Under the pieces are notes generated by a model that was not told where the DNA came from, made no database searches, and worked only from the letters and a program-made list of their open reading frames with translations. Below, one piece after another: positions 50,301-61,756 of a stretch of DNA of 64,000 nt (positions within the stretch are counted from its first letter, which is position 1; each line of letters opens with the position of its first letter). The DNA lies in assembly GCA_001643675.2 (NCBI GenBank), contig LSRY02000035.1:434001-498000 (forward strand), given 5' to 3'. The position numbers and the translations under genes were made by a program. This DNA comes from Monocercomonoides exilis PA203. Its lineage: Eukaryota; Protista; Preaxostyla.

Positions 50301-51980
50301 CAAAAGCCGCTTTTTCTCCTTTTGAAGCTCTTCAATCGTCTTCTTTCGATATTTGCTAAATGCACATTTCTTTCCTTTTCCTTCTTCGTCCTCCCATCTG
50401 TCTTCCTCCATCCTACATCCAACATCATCATTTCTCTTTTCTTTATCCAATAGCCAGGAAACAGCACCGCCACGCAGAATTCTGTGAAGCGTCTGCAGTG
50501 CCCTCCCTTCCAATTCTTTGTCTGAACATTCAACACACTTCAAAAGCAGTTTAATGTGAAGAATCGTCACAATGCGCCCTTCATTCGCTGAGTCATCTGC
50601 ATCTTCTGGTTCAGTTTCTTCTTTGCCTTCTGCTGCAACATCAGCTTTCATATCGTCTGCATTTGAGATTTCTTCTGCCCATTCAAATTTTTCATTCGGA
50701 ACAGTCTTTTTCGCTTTCTGCGGAGGTGATAGAGGAGGTGAATGCCTTTTTGAGCGAGAAAAAGAAGTTGGAGGAGTCATTGGCGGAGCGAATGGAGATT
50801 CCAGTGGAGGTGATGCTGGTGGAGTCATTGGAGGAGTTATTGGAGGAGAAGGACCTTTCTTGTTCTTTGGCTTCGATGGCTTGCCTTTGTTCCTTTTTGG
50901 ATTTGAGACAACTTTATTTGACGGTGGAGGCGTTTGTGATCTACCAATTGTTCTTTTGCTCTTCATATCTTCTTCAAAATGTTCTGCAGTTCCGAAATCT
51001 TCATTTCGCATCTCAAATAGTTTCTCTTCCTGTTCTCTTTTCTTCACAATGGCCATCTCGTTTTTGTCTTGCAACTCTGCAATTCCATCAACCAGAGATA
51101 ACAACACCAGCTTCAGACGAATCCCGTTGCTCTCTTTTGACAAGCCATCCTTCTCAATTTCTTTCAAAAGCAATCTTCCCAATTCGCTCCCTATAATCAT
51201 CTCTCTGCACACTCCAGATTTCTCGCTCAGCATCACTTCCATCACAGATGACACAGGCAAAGCACACTGCTCTGAAAGGCCATTTTCCTCAATGAGCATT
51301 GTCATTCCTTCAACAATGTCGTTCCCTTTTCGACACAAAAATTTGAAATTTCCATCAATCAGTTGATAAATAATATTTATTGCCCTTTTAATAATCTCAT
51401 CATTGTCTGATAGTCTTCAAAAAGAATAATCACAAAGTGATACCGAAAAAAACATAAACGAACTAAAATCATGATTAATTTACAAACCTGCATATTCTTA
51501 AGCTTATAGATAACACATTACTTAGAAATTCAAAAACTCCTTGATCATTTCCTTTTTGGATTATATTCACTTTCGCAAATGAAAAAAGAAAAAATTTCAG
51601 AAAAAAGAAACTCATCGTTCAAAATTGAAACAAAAACACCAACAAACATGCTAATTCAATGGCCTCTTCTGCTTTAACAAAAATATCCACTCCTTGACTT
51701 CCAAGTATCAGGTCATAACACTTTAACACTTTCACAAGACATTCCACTTCATTTGCTTCGCGAGCAACTTCAAAAAGCAAAGATGACATCTCCAAGCAAA
51801 TGCGCTTATCTTCTGACCATTTTCCTGCCAGATATTCTAGTTTTTCAAATAAATCCTCTGCAGCAGCATTCCCTTCTTTAAGTTGTTCTATTATCGCATC
51901 ACTCAAATTTAAAAAAATACGAGATATCATAAAGCAAATAACTTTGAATGAAATGTTTTATACCTCATCACATGTAACAT
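46361..51980 (-). CDS. Large multi-exon helical-repeat (ARM/HEAT-like) protein, paralog 2
   Basis: Long minus-strand ORFs joined by introns 49669-49534, 47625-47574 and 47465-47143; 5' exons only partly resolved. Blocks shared with paralog 1 include EMIIGSELGRL/EMIIGRELIRL and LFLLRSVKGI/LFLLRGGRAI. Confidence 0.7.
47234..47289 (+). repeat. Poly(A) run of ~56 nt (intronic poly-U on the coding strand)
   Basis: Read directly; lies inside predicted intron 47465-47143. Confidence 0.9.
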
Positions 51981-52355
51981 TTTGATAACCTCATCTGCAT
52001 CTTTTAGAGACTTAAAATAGAAATAATAACTTTCTCAAAAAGCAAATAAAATACAAGTTCATGCGTACTTTAATCTTCTCATATAAATCCTCATCAAAAT
52101 TTATATCCATTGCCAAGAAATTATCATGAATCGTTTTCAACTTAGCCCCAAATCTCGAAATTAATTATAAAACGATAGATCAAACATTATTATGGTATTA
52201 CTGATCATGAATAATCTTTCTTTTTGAATCTTCATTATTACAAATATCAAAGCTTCCCGATGGGCAAAACAAATATATAAAAAATAAATATACAACAGCA
52301 TTTTAAAAACAAAGAATTATAAATAACATAATGTTTAAGAAGCAAAATTCTCGTT

Positions 52356-53117
52356 TTATAAATGTTGGAAAAATCCACCAGTTGCAATCCATTGACGAAA
52401 ATCCATGGGAAATCTGTCCGGTACAACGAACGTATTTACTCTACACTTTGGACATTTCTTGGAATCTGAAGGCGATGCTGTTGATGATTGGCCGGAAACA
52501 TCCAAATCCAGTTCAGACAATCTTGGATCATTCGGCAAAACGATCTCAGTGATGCCACTTAACATGTTTTTTGTTATGTCATCGTAAGGATAGAACCCCA
52601 TGATGTACCCACCTCTGAGAACGCAGGGAAGCCAAAAGCGATCATCTTCCCACATGGATTCAAATGGTATTTTGGAAACAGAAAACCACTCGGGCTTCAT
52701 CTCTTCGCTTTCCACGATTTCTTCATCGTTGTAAGTTGTTGAGTAAATATGCACTTCAAAAAACCAAGAGGGCTTTTCTGCACTTTTGAACTCAAACATT
52801 ATTATCCCTCGCTTTTGGAGGTCTGTTTCTTTCTTTTTGATGCCCGACTCTTCAGCAAGTTCGCGAACTGCTGCTTGAACAATAGTTTCACCTGCTTGCA
52901 ATTTGCCTAAAACAAAATTATTGCGCAGAACATCACATTTAAAAAATTCGAAACAAAGATTTTTGGTTCTCAAACCTCCAAATCCATTCCAAAATCCTTT
53001 TCCAAAACCTCTCTTCTTCAACCCAAGCAACACTTGCGAACAATCGTCTTTGAACACAAACACCAGAGTTGCTACCAAAGGCTTTGAAACTTCTTGATGA
53101 GATGTTTCAGTTTGCAT
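52356..53117 (-). CDS. NUDT1: Nudix hydrolase, MTH1/NUDT1-like 8-oxo-dGTP diphosphatase
   Basis: VLLGLKKRGFGKGFWNGFGG, Nudix box GKLQAGETIVQAAVRELAEESG, ESEEMKPEWF and IPFESMWEDDRFWLP match MTH1 signatures. Removing the 69-nt GT-AG intron 52975-52907 restores GFGGK. Confidence 0.92.
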   Translation of the reverse strand: MQTETSHQEVSKPLVATLVFVFKDDCSQVLLGLKKRGFGKGFWNGFGGLRTKNLCFEFFKCDVLRNNFVLGKLQAGETIVQAAVRELAEESGIKKKETDLQKRGIIMFEFKSAEKPSWFFEVHIYSTTYNDEEIVESEEMKPEWFSVSKIPFESMWEDDRFWLPCVLRGGYIMGFYPYDDITKNMLSGITEIVLPNDPRLSELDLDVSGQSSTASPSDSKKCPKCRVNTFVVPDRFPMDFRQWIATGGFFQHL

Positions 53118-53225
53118 TTATTTTAAAAAATTATAAAGAAAAAAGTAGGGGATAAAAAATTGAACAAAATAAATCTTTTGAAAAATGAAAATTTTCACAA
53201 TGCTGAAATAATATATCATTAATCC

Positions 53226-56200
53226 ATGCAAGATTTCCTTTCAATATCCTCTAAGATATTCGAAATACACGTTTGGATGTTCATTTGTTGATCAATTTTA
53301 CCTTCATTACTATTCAGATGTGGAAACAAACTCAATTTACTCCGAAACCAAAAGAATCAAAGACGTTATCAGGGACTATCAGCGCAAAAACGTTGCATCT
53401 CAAACAACAGAAAGCATTAAGTGAAAAGGGAGAAATTGTAACATCAAAAAATCTGAATATAGAAGATCTTCTTTCGAGATTGACTCATTATAACTTTCAC
53501 ATGAGGGAAGATGCACTAAATGGACTTATAGAGCTGGTCAAAACATATGGCGATGATCCGTACTTTTTGACCAGTTCGATATCGCGAATTATCGAAGAAT
53601 CGATGCCAAAATTGTTTGACGAAGAACCAACAGTCAGGGATGCATTTAGCAAATTGATTCAAACAATCACACAAACATCGATTGTGCAGTCAAGAGTCTC
53701 TATGGAACAAGACAGATTCTCACCAGTGAAAACATCTCAGCGAAGCTTATTATCGCCTCATCTCCCTCTTCTTCGCACAGCACTTCTGACTGGCCTTTCC
53801 CACATTCGTCCAGCAGTGCGGCGTTTGTCATTGAATCTCCTCTCCTTTTTCTTCCAGAGTTCAGTTCCATTTTTGGGAAAGATAACATTTGAGCAGCAGA
53901 CAGAAAGCGGCTCTTCGACGAGACTGTTCAACACTCTCGCCTCATTCAGCCAGCATTTCGATGAGAATTCATTGCTCAGCAAAGACCTCACTCTATTCTT
54001 TATGCGTTCATTTGATCCTTTTGATTCAGCCAAGCAGATTTCTCTTCTTCCAATCTCGAATGCAAGAACGACAAAAATGTCTTTTTCATCTTCTCATTTC
54101 GATGTTCTTGTTGCTTTGATTGGTCTTCTTTCACCAGAGGTTGCTTCAAAGCTTCTTTCCACAGTTGCTTTGACGCAATCTTCTTCCACTTCTTTTTCTT
54201 CTTCCTCATCCTCACCATCATCTTCATCATCATCATCGTCATTGCATCCGCTCTCTCGCCAATGTCCAACACTGCCCCAAGTGTGTGCTGTTCTCTCCAA
54301 AGGAAGCTGCTTCCCACCTCTGCCGCTGTCTCCTCTGTCTTCGCTCATCTCCTCCTTTTCTGGCCTGTCGTCAGCCAAGTCGTATCAGGGCGGGCGATCA
54401 GCTGCTGCCCGCGGGCTGGTCCCCTTTGCTCGCCGGGCAGCACGCACAACACTCCAAAACTCGTCTTTTCCCGCGTTTTCTTTGGGGCTGGGGGGAAGAG
54501 AAGCAAGAGATGCATACGGAGGAGGAGGTGGTGGAGGTGGTGGTGGTGGAAGAAGCATAGGAGGAGGAAGAGAAAACAGAGAGAGCAAAGAAGAAGATGG
54601 AACTGCCGCTGAGACGGGATCGAAGGGGAAGATGAAACTGAAAGGGAAAAGGGAGATACGCCACATTGTGGACTCTGTTGTGCTGGGAAGAGGAAGAGTG
54701 GTGGGTTGTCTGGAGAAAGTGCTGCAGGATGAGAGGAAAGCGAATGAGAGAGGGCTGAGCGGAGAGGAGTGGATGAAGAGAGAGGCGATGAAGGCAAGAA
54801 AGATGGAGGCAGAGGAAGAACACGAAGGCAAAAGGGAACGAAAGGGGAAGAAGGGAACAGAGGAGAAAGCAAAGGAGAAAACAAAGATTGAAGAAAAGGG
54901 CGAAAACAAAACGAAAGTTGAAGAAGAAGAAAACAAAGGAAGAAGAAACGAATTGATTGAAGTGTCGAGCGATGAAGAGGATGAGAAAGAGAGAAGCAAA
55001 AAGGAAGAGAGAAAAGATGAACATTTGAAAGAGAAAGGAAAAAAGAAAGATGAATTTGAGAAAGATGAATTGAGCGAGGATGAAGCGATGTTTGTTGAAT
55101 CGATAAAACAGAGCTGGGTGTTATTTGATCCGAATTCATCGTTGTTAGCCTCATCATCATCATCAAAATATTCTTCTTCTACTGTTTTTTCCTCCTCCTC
55201 CTCCTCCAACATCCTGTTTGCCTCTCCTGTCTGCTCTTCTTCTCTCTCGCCGACGCTCCTCTTCCGCACTACGCATCTGCTGCTGACTCTTTTTGAGGAG
55301 GCTGAGATGAAGCATGCGATGGACGACTCGTATTTGCTGCTGCAGAAGGCGGCAGAGATTGAAGAAGTGCGGAACAATAACAGCAGCAGCAGTGGAGGAA
55401 GAGGTAGAGGAACAGGCAGAGGAGCCGGTGGGAAGAGGAAGAATGTGAGGAAAGAGAAGAGAAGAGAAGAGAAGAGGCAAAACAAGGAGAAGGAGAGGAA
55501 GGAAGGAGAGAATGAAGAAGAAGAAGAAGAGGAGGAGGAGGAGGATGAGGAAGAAGAAGATGATGATGATGATGATGATAGAGAAGAAGAAGAAGAGGAG
55601 GAGGAGGAGCAAGAGCTGATGGATTTAGACAATGAAGATGCCTTGCTGGAGTTGGAAGAAGATGAAAATGATGAGGAAAAAGAACAAGAACAAGAACAAG
55701 AAAATGAAGAAGAAGAAGAAGAAGAGGCAGCGGTTGAAGAAACAGAGCAAACAGCCGAAAATGCGTTGTCAATAGGAGACACTGGGAAGATCAAAAAGAG
55801 GAACACCAGCAAATCTCAACAAGAAAACAGAAAAAAAATACCGAAAGGAACAACAAAAGAACGAAAAGTCGAAAATTCAATGGAAAACGTTGAAAAAGGG
55901 GCTAATAAGAAAGCGAAAGCTTCAACATCATCAACAAAATCAGAAAAAATATCAGAACAAAAACAAGCAGAAGCACATCCAGTTTCTTCAAACAGTATCA
56001 TTTCACAAAGCAATTCAACTTTATCTTCTTCTTCCTCTTCCTCTTCCTCCTCTTCCTCCTCTTCCTCCTCCTCTTCAAACATCGCTATAACAAGACCACC
56101 AGAACTGTCTGAGCAGGCCTCGTCCATCCTCAAAAGCTACAGCTCTCTCTCGCTCATCACAACAGTCTCACATCGCCTGCGCTACTTCGAAAGTCTTCTG

Positions 56201-57499
56201 CATTCGCTTTTCTATTCCTTTTCCTCGTCTTCTTTTGTCTGCTGTGCTAGCGTTGCACTGCCTTCTTCGTTGAATTCTTCATCATCATCATCTTCTTCTT
56301 CTTCTTCCTCTTCATCATTAAAACAATCAAATCAATCAATAGACTCTAAAACCCACCAAAATTCTTCTTCTCTTTCTTCTTCCTCTTCCTCTTCTTCTTC
56401 TTCTTCTTCTTCTTCTTCTTCTTCTTCTTCTTCTTCTTCTTCTTCTTCAACCATCCTCGTCACTCTTCCTCTCTCCTGCTCGTTCCCTTCGACGCTCTCC
56501 TTCAAAGAGCTGTTTGCCTCTCCTCAGAACTCTGCCAAAGCAGCTGCTGCTGTGCCTCGCTCTGTTGCCCAGTGCATCCATCCTCTTCTTGTGCCTCTCC
56601 ACAAAAACTGGATGAGGTTCTTCAATTCAATCGTGTTCCCGCTGACTTCTTTCTTTTCGGTGAATGCAAAGCAATCAAAGGCGAATAAAACTTCTTCTTT
56701 TGCTTCCATTTCTTCTTCCTCCTCCTCATCATCATCATCTTCTTCTTCTTCTTCTTCTTCAGACAATCGTGTTTCTCTTCTTGCTTCTGCTGAGCCTCTG
56801 TCGGCTCTTCTGTTTTCTGTCGATCTTTCCGTCTGCCAGCTGTTTGTGTCGCTCTGCTTGAATTCTCTTCCAACGCTTTCTCTTTTTGCTAATGCTGTTT
56901 CTTCTCCTTCACATTCTTCACATTCTTCTTCTTCTTCTTCTTCTTCGACTGCTTCGTCTTTTCTGTCTTCTTCTCATATTTCTCCAGATTTCCTGAAGCA
57001 TCTCCATTCTGTCTCCAGCTATTTGGTCTCTCTCCTCTCTTTGTACGCATCTTCCTATTCTTCTTCTTCTTCTTCTTCTTCCTCCTCCTCTTCTTCTTCC
57101 TCCTCTTCTTCTTCCCAATCTTCCCTCTCAAACGCATCTTCTCTCCCCTTCAGCACATTTGCCAATCGCGTCTCTTTCTCTTCTCTCTCACCATGTGCTC
57201 TTCCCCACTGCATTCTCCTGCCTCTCAAACGCCGAATCGTCTCAGTCCTGCGACTTGTCGTGTCTTTGATGAACTTTTGCCTCTCTTTTGCCTCTTTTGC
57301 TTCGCCTTCTTCGCTTCCCCCGCCGCCAAATGTGCCGAAGTCTGCCTCAGCTTCGCTTCTCCACTTTCTTTACTCCTCTTTGCTCTCGTTTTATGCCTCG
57401 CTTCCTGTGTCCTCGCCTCTGGTGCATCCTCTTTTTGCCTTTTTCTCGTCTCTCATCAACACAACTTCCACACTGGACTCGTTTGCATTGTCTTCTTCT

Positions 57500-57533
<34 letters not shown>

Positions 57534-58120
57534 TTTCTCTCTCGCCTCTTCAGCGCAATCAGACGCAGCTGTTATCTCTGTGTTCTTTTCCTTCTCTGCT
57601 TCCGTCAATTCTCTCTTGCTGTGCAGCAGAAGCAGCAGCAGCGCTGAGGCCCTTGTCTACTTCTGCTAGTCATCGTCTGTGTGTGAGGCAGAAGATTTCT
57701 TTGTCTTCTTCTCTTTCGCTCTTCCACCACGCTGCTTCTTTGTGGATAAGGCTCATCCAGAACGACCTGCCTCTGTCTCTGATGTACGGAAAGAAGAAAG
57801 AGGATGCTTCGTCCACTTCACTCAACAAGACTTCTTCCTCTTCCTCTTCCTCTTCTTCTTCTTCTTCTTCTTCTTCTTCTCCGTTGGTTTCAGATTCATC
57901 TTTCCATCTGCTAATTTCACTTCGAGAAGACCTTTCGTTAGTATCTCGTTTGAAAGAAAAAACGGAAGAACTTTTCCTTTCTGAGAAAGAGAGGGCAAAG
58001 GAAGTGAAAGGAAAAGATGCATTTCACATGCTGCTGGAAGAAGCGCTCAATGAAGCAATTGGCTCCCCGCTGAATGACCTGATTACCCAGCTGCAAGCAG
58101 CCATCGAATGCTGCTCGTAG
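53226..58120 (+). CDS. IPI1: Ipi1/TEX10-like Rix1-complex pre-rRNA processing protein, greatly expanded by low-complexity tracts
   Basis: N-terminal KTLHLKQQ, LLSRLTHYNFHMREDALNGL, LFDEEPTVR, and SPHLPLLRTALLTGLSHIRPAVRRLSL (Ipi1_N-like). Main exon 53318-58120; a short first exon 53226-53270 with intron 53271-53317 is plausible but uncertain. Confidence 0.75.
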
Positions 58121-58629
58121 CGAATTGTCCAAATAACGAGGACAAGAAAAAACACAAAAACGGTTTTTATCATTTCGATTAATTCATTTCAAAAATTATT
58201 TTGAACAAAATCTCAAAAATAAAAAAAAAATTACTGTTATCTGAATTGACAAGGCTGTAAATGGGATAGAATTAATTTATATTTTGCAAAACAATGCTTT
58301 TTTATTTATTCAATTTATAAATGGCTCAACAAAAGAAAAATTGATTTTCAAAAAGAAAACTCAACAAAAGCAAAAAGATTAAAAAAACATATGGGGCAAA
58401 ATTTTTTCTTTTAGGAAAAAAACAACGATTTGATCCAAACTTTTTCTCCAACCTTATCATTATTGTTCTTTCATTCCCATGTCAAAAAAATACGGAAACA
58501 TTCTAAAATTGAGAAAAATATTTGTTAGAGGAGAATAGAACAAAATTCAGAAAGCGAAATATTTCGTCCCATCCCACCGCTGAATGAAGTGCTTATTCAA
58601 AGAGCAAAGAGTCAAAAAAATCATTTGTT

Positions 58630-60071
58630 TCAGCAGCAGATAAGGTACCCTTCGGCTCTTTTCCTCATGCAGACACTGGCAAGTCCAATTTTTACAGAAT
58701 AGCAACTGAAACCTATTATGCAGTCTTCATATCCACATTCTTCCAACTTCTCAAACAACTTTCTTTTAACCTCTTTTCGTTTTGATTCATCGCGTTCGCT
58801 TGCTTTCTTTTCTTTTAAACGTTTGCAAAGTTTTTTTAGAAACGATAAACAGTTCAAAATTCGTTGGAGATCGATATTTGATTGGACGATCACCTCGAAT
58901 ATTACGTCAATGGCACAGCTTTTCAAAAAATGTTCAATTTCAACAGATTTGTTTCTCGCTGAATTGTCAAAACATTCTATGCATATATCGCAAATTTCTC
59001 CAAAATTATCTTTAGCTGTTCTTAATATCTGAGCAACGCTTCCGATCAGCTTCGCAAATTCTTCATTCCACGATTTACATGAGTGTAAGTAATTATCCAA
59101 TGTGTACATCCATCTTATCAAAATAAGCTCTTCTTTTGATTCTTTCATTCCATTAATTCCTTCTTTTCTCTTCCAGTCAACGCATTCTCTCAGCTCTTCC
59201 AACTCTCTTGTTGCCTCTCGCACATAATGCAGCTCATTCACAATCACTCCCATTAAACTGTTATCATGGCATAATCTCCTGAGTAAAAATTGCCAAGCAG
59301 ATAGGGAAGCTAATTGAGTCAGATTGTGATGCTCCTGATGATATTTGATGATTTCTTTGATCTCACTGATATACAGTTCTTTTGGCACTTCCTATGCAAA
59401 AAATAAGATAATAAAATTAATAAATCAAAAATGAAAAAGAAATTCATACGCAAAATCCAATATTACTCAAAGTCAACAAAGCCATTTCCACTTCTTTCTG
59501 TGCTTCTTCGTTTTCTTCCTTGTTCAAAGCAGCTTTCAGAATATGTGGCAAACAAATTGAAGACAATTGTGATGGACAATAACAGCAAAGAAAAAGATAG
59601 CATTCGCAAAGATCTACCAAAAGCCTTTCATTCTTTCCTTCTTTTTTCTCATTTTCATCAATTATCATCCCTGACATTCTTTTGCTCAACAATGATTCAT
59701 CAAAAGAACATAAAAAAAACTTTTTCAGCATTTTGCAATATCCAGCTTGCTTCAACAGCGCAATGACATTTTCAACAGATAATTTCTTTTCTTCAATCAT
59801 TCTGTAGATTGTATCTAACAGTTCTATTGTGAAAATTGATTTTAATTCTTCTTCATCCATTTCTTCAATTAATCTATTCAATTCAATGATATAATGTTTT
59901 TGACTGACTTTGCCACAATCTTCAAATTCAGAAAACAATTCTTTCAAAAATAATTGAAGCAGTCACAATCATCACTAATAAAAATAACACTATCAACAAA
60001 CCAGTGAACTTCTTTGTGATGTCATCCTTATATATTTCTGCAAAGTTTTTACAATCGTAAAAGAACTGCAT
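58630..60071 (-). CDS. Same 3-exon family, copy E
   Basis: Exons 60071-60002, 59940-59450, 59391-58630; introns in phase 1 and phase 0 as in the other copies. Motif IKYHQEHHNLTQLASLSAW. Confidence 0.82.
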
Positions 60072-61756
60072 ATTTGTTATTTTTATTGATAATGATACAG
60101 AGCGAGAGAGTGAAAAAACGAAAAAATAAAAAAATAAAAAGTTGCAAAGCCATTGAAATATCAGCATTCATACCATCAATCCACACGCAAGCAATTTTGT
60201 CGATTGTAAATACAAGAAAAGACTCTTTTCTGTTATACTGTAATGGGACTTTTGATCATTTTAAAAAAAAAACTAAAAGTTTATCACATAAGCAAAACGA
60301 GAGAGCAAGAGAAAGAAAGAAAGAGAAAACCATCAGAATGCTAACAATAAAGGATATATTGAGTTTTTATAAGGTGATGAGATGTTCAAAAAGTTCATTG
60401 CGGATTTCAAAGTATTGAGGGATGTAAAAGTTTGAAGAATTGCTGAAGAAGTTGAATTTGCTGAAATATTTAGTGCACAAACGATTGTTGTACAACGATC
60501 AGTAATCAATTCTAAAAATCTGATTTTTCAACCACTCATGGAATAATTTGAAAAAAAGACTCACAGAGTTTTGAACTGCTTGCATGAACGACTTTTCGAA
60601 TTTAAAGCAATAAAAAAAAAAATGAAATGATTTTTGATCGTTTATAAAGTTTGTTTCATTGCATTTAAAATGAAAGTCCAATCTGACTCTTTTTATTTCA
60701 AGATTTATTCGTGATTCTTGTTCGTTGAACAACAACACTTGCACTCCCTCTTTTGTCAATATAAACGGATAAACAACAGCTTTTTCATTAAAACTACTGT
60801 CAACTTCTCGAAATTTTCAGAACAAAAAAACTCATATTTATCTTCTTGGTATAATGAAAATCACAACAACTTTTTGACGAATATTTCACAGATGAATTTG
60901 ATTAACATCAAATTCAGCAGAAAATCACGATTTAAAAATAGGGCAAATGAGAATCATGCACGTTTACAGAAAATGAAATGCAATTTCACTGAAAAGAGAA
61001 TGAAGCGATGAATAAGCATTCAAAGGATTATTGAAAGACGAATGAATATTATATCAAAAATGAAAAGGAAAGTGGGAAAAGGATGGAGAAGAAAGAGAGA
61101 AATGGAATGAAAGATAAAAAAGTTGAATAATTTCTTGAACAATATGAAGTGAAACAGAAAAGAGATAGACCGAAAAATGAAAGAAGAAGAAATCTTTGAT
61201 GAAAGAGTTGGAGTCAATTGTTGAAAGCATTTCATATGTTTTGCGGAATGTTCGCATCATGATTATGGTGATGTTGCACTGAAACAGGAATGGAGGAGAA
61301 GGCCAACATGAGGGCGATTGATTTTGGGCAGAGTGACTTTGAATTTGAGTGAAATGCATGATTCGGAGTGAGAGAAGAAGGTGATTAAATACTGAAAAAG
61401 AAGTACAGGAATATCGATAAGAAAGAGTTTCATCCAAAATTATCATTTCATTTTAAAAGATGGCTTGATTAATTCATGAATTTGCTTATTAACAAAACCT
61501 TATTCCAAAACAAAGAATAAAAAATGTTTTTTTTTTTTTTTTTTTTTGGGATAATCTGTTTCAAAATTTTTTTGAAAAAATACAGAGAATAAAGTAAAAA
61601 AAATATGAAACACCCAGAATGCAGAAAAACAGAAAAGAAGTTTTTATTTTTCAGTAATGCACGTTTCATTCTCATTCACATTCAGCCAATTCTGGCAGCC
61701 GCCATGCTGACCCCAACCAACTTCGTTTTCTCTTTATTTTCTTCACTTATCGCCTT

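Noticed and set aside
54345-57669. Long antisense and alternate-frame ORFs over IPI1 (also over 38-40 kb, 50-51 kb and 61-63 kb)
   Set aside because: They are shadows of stop-poor low-complexity codons, with poly-Ser/Leu/Phe translations and no independent signals.
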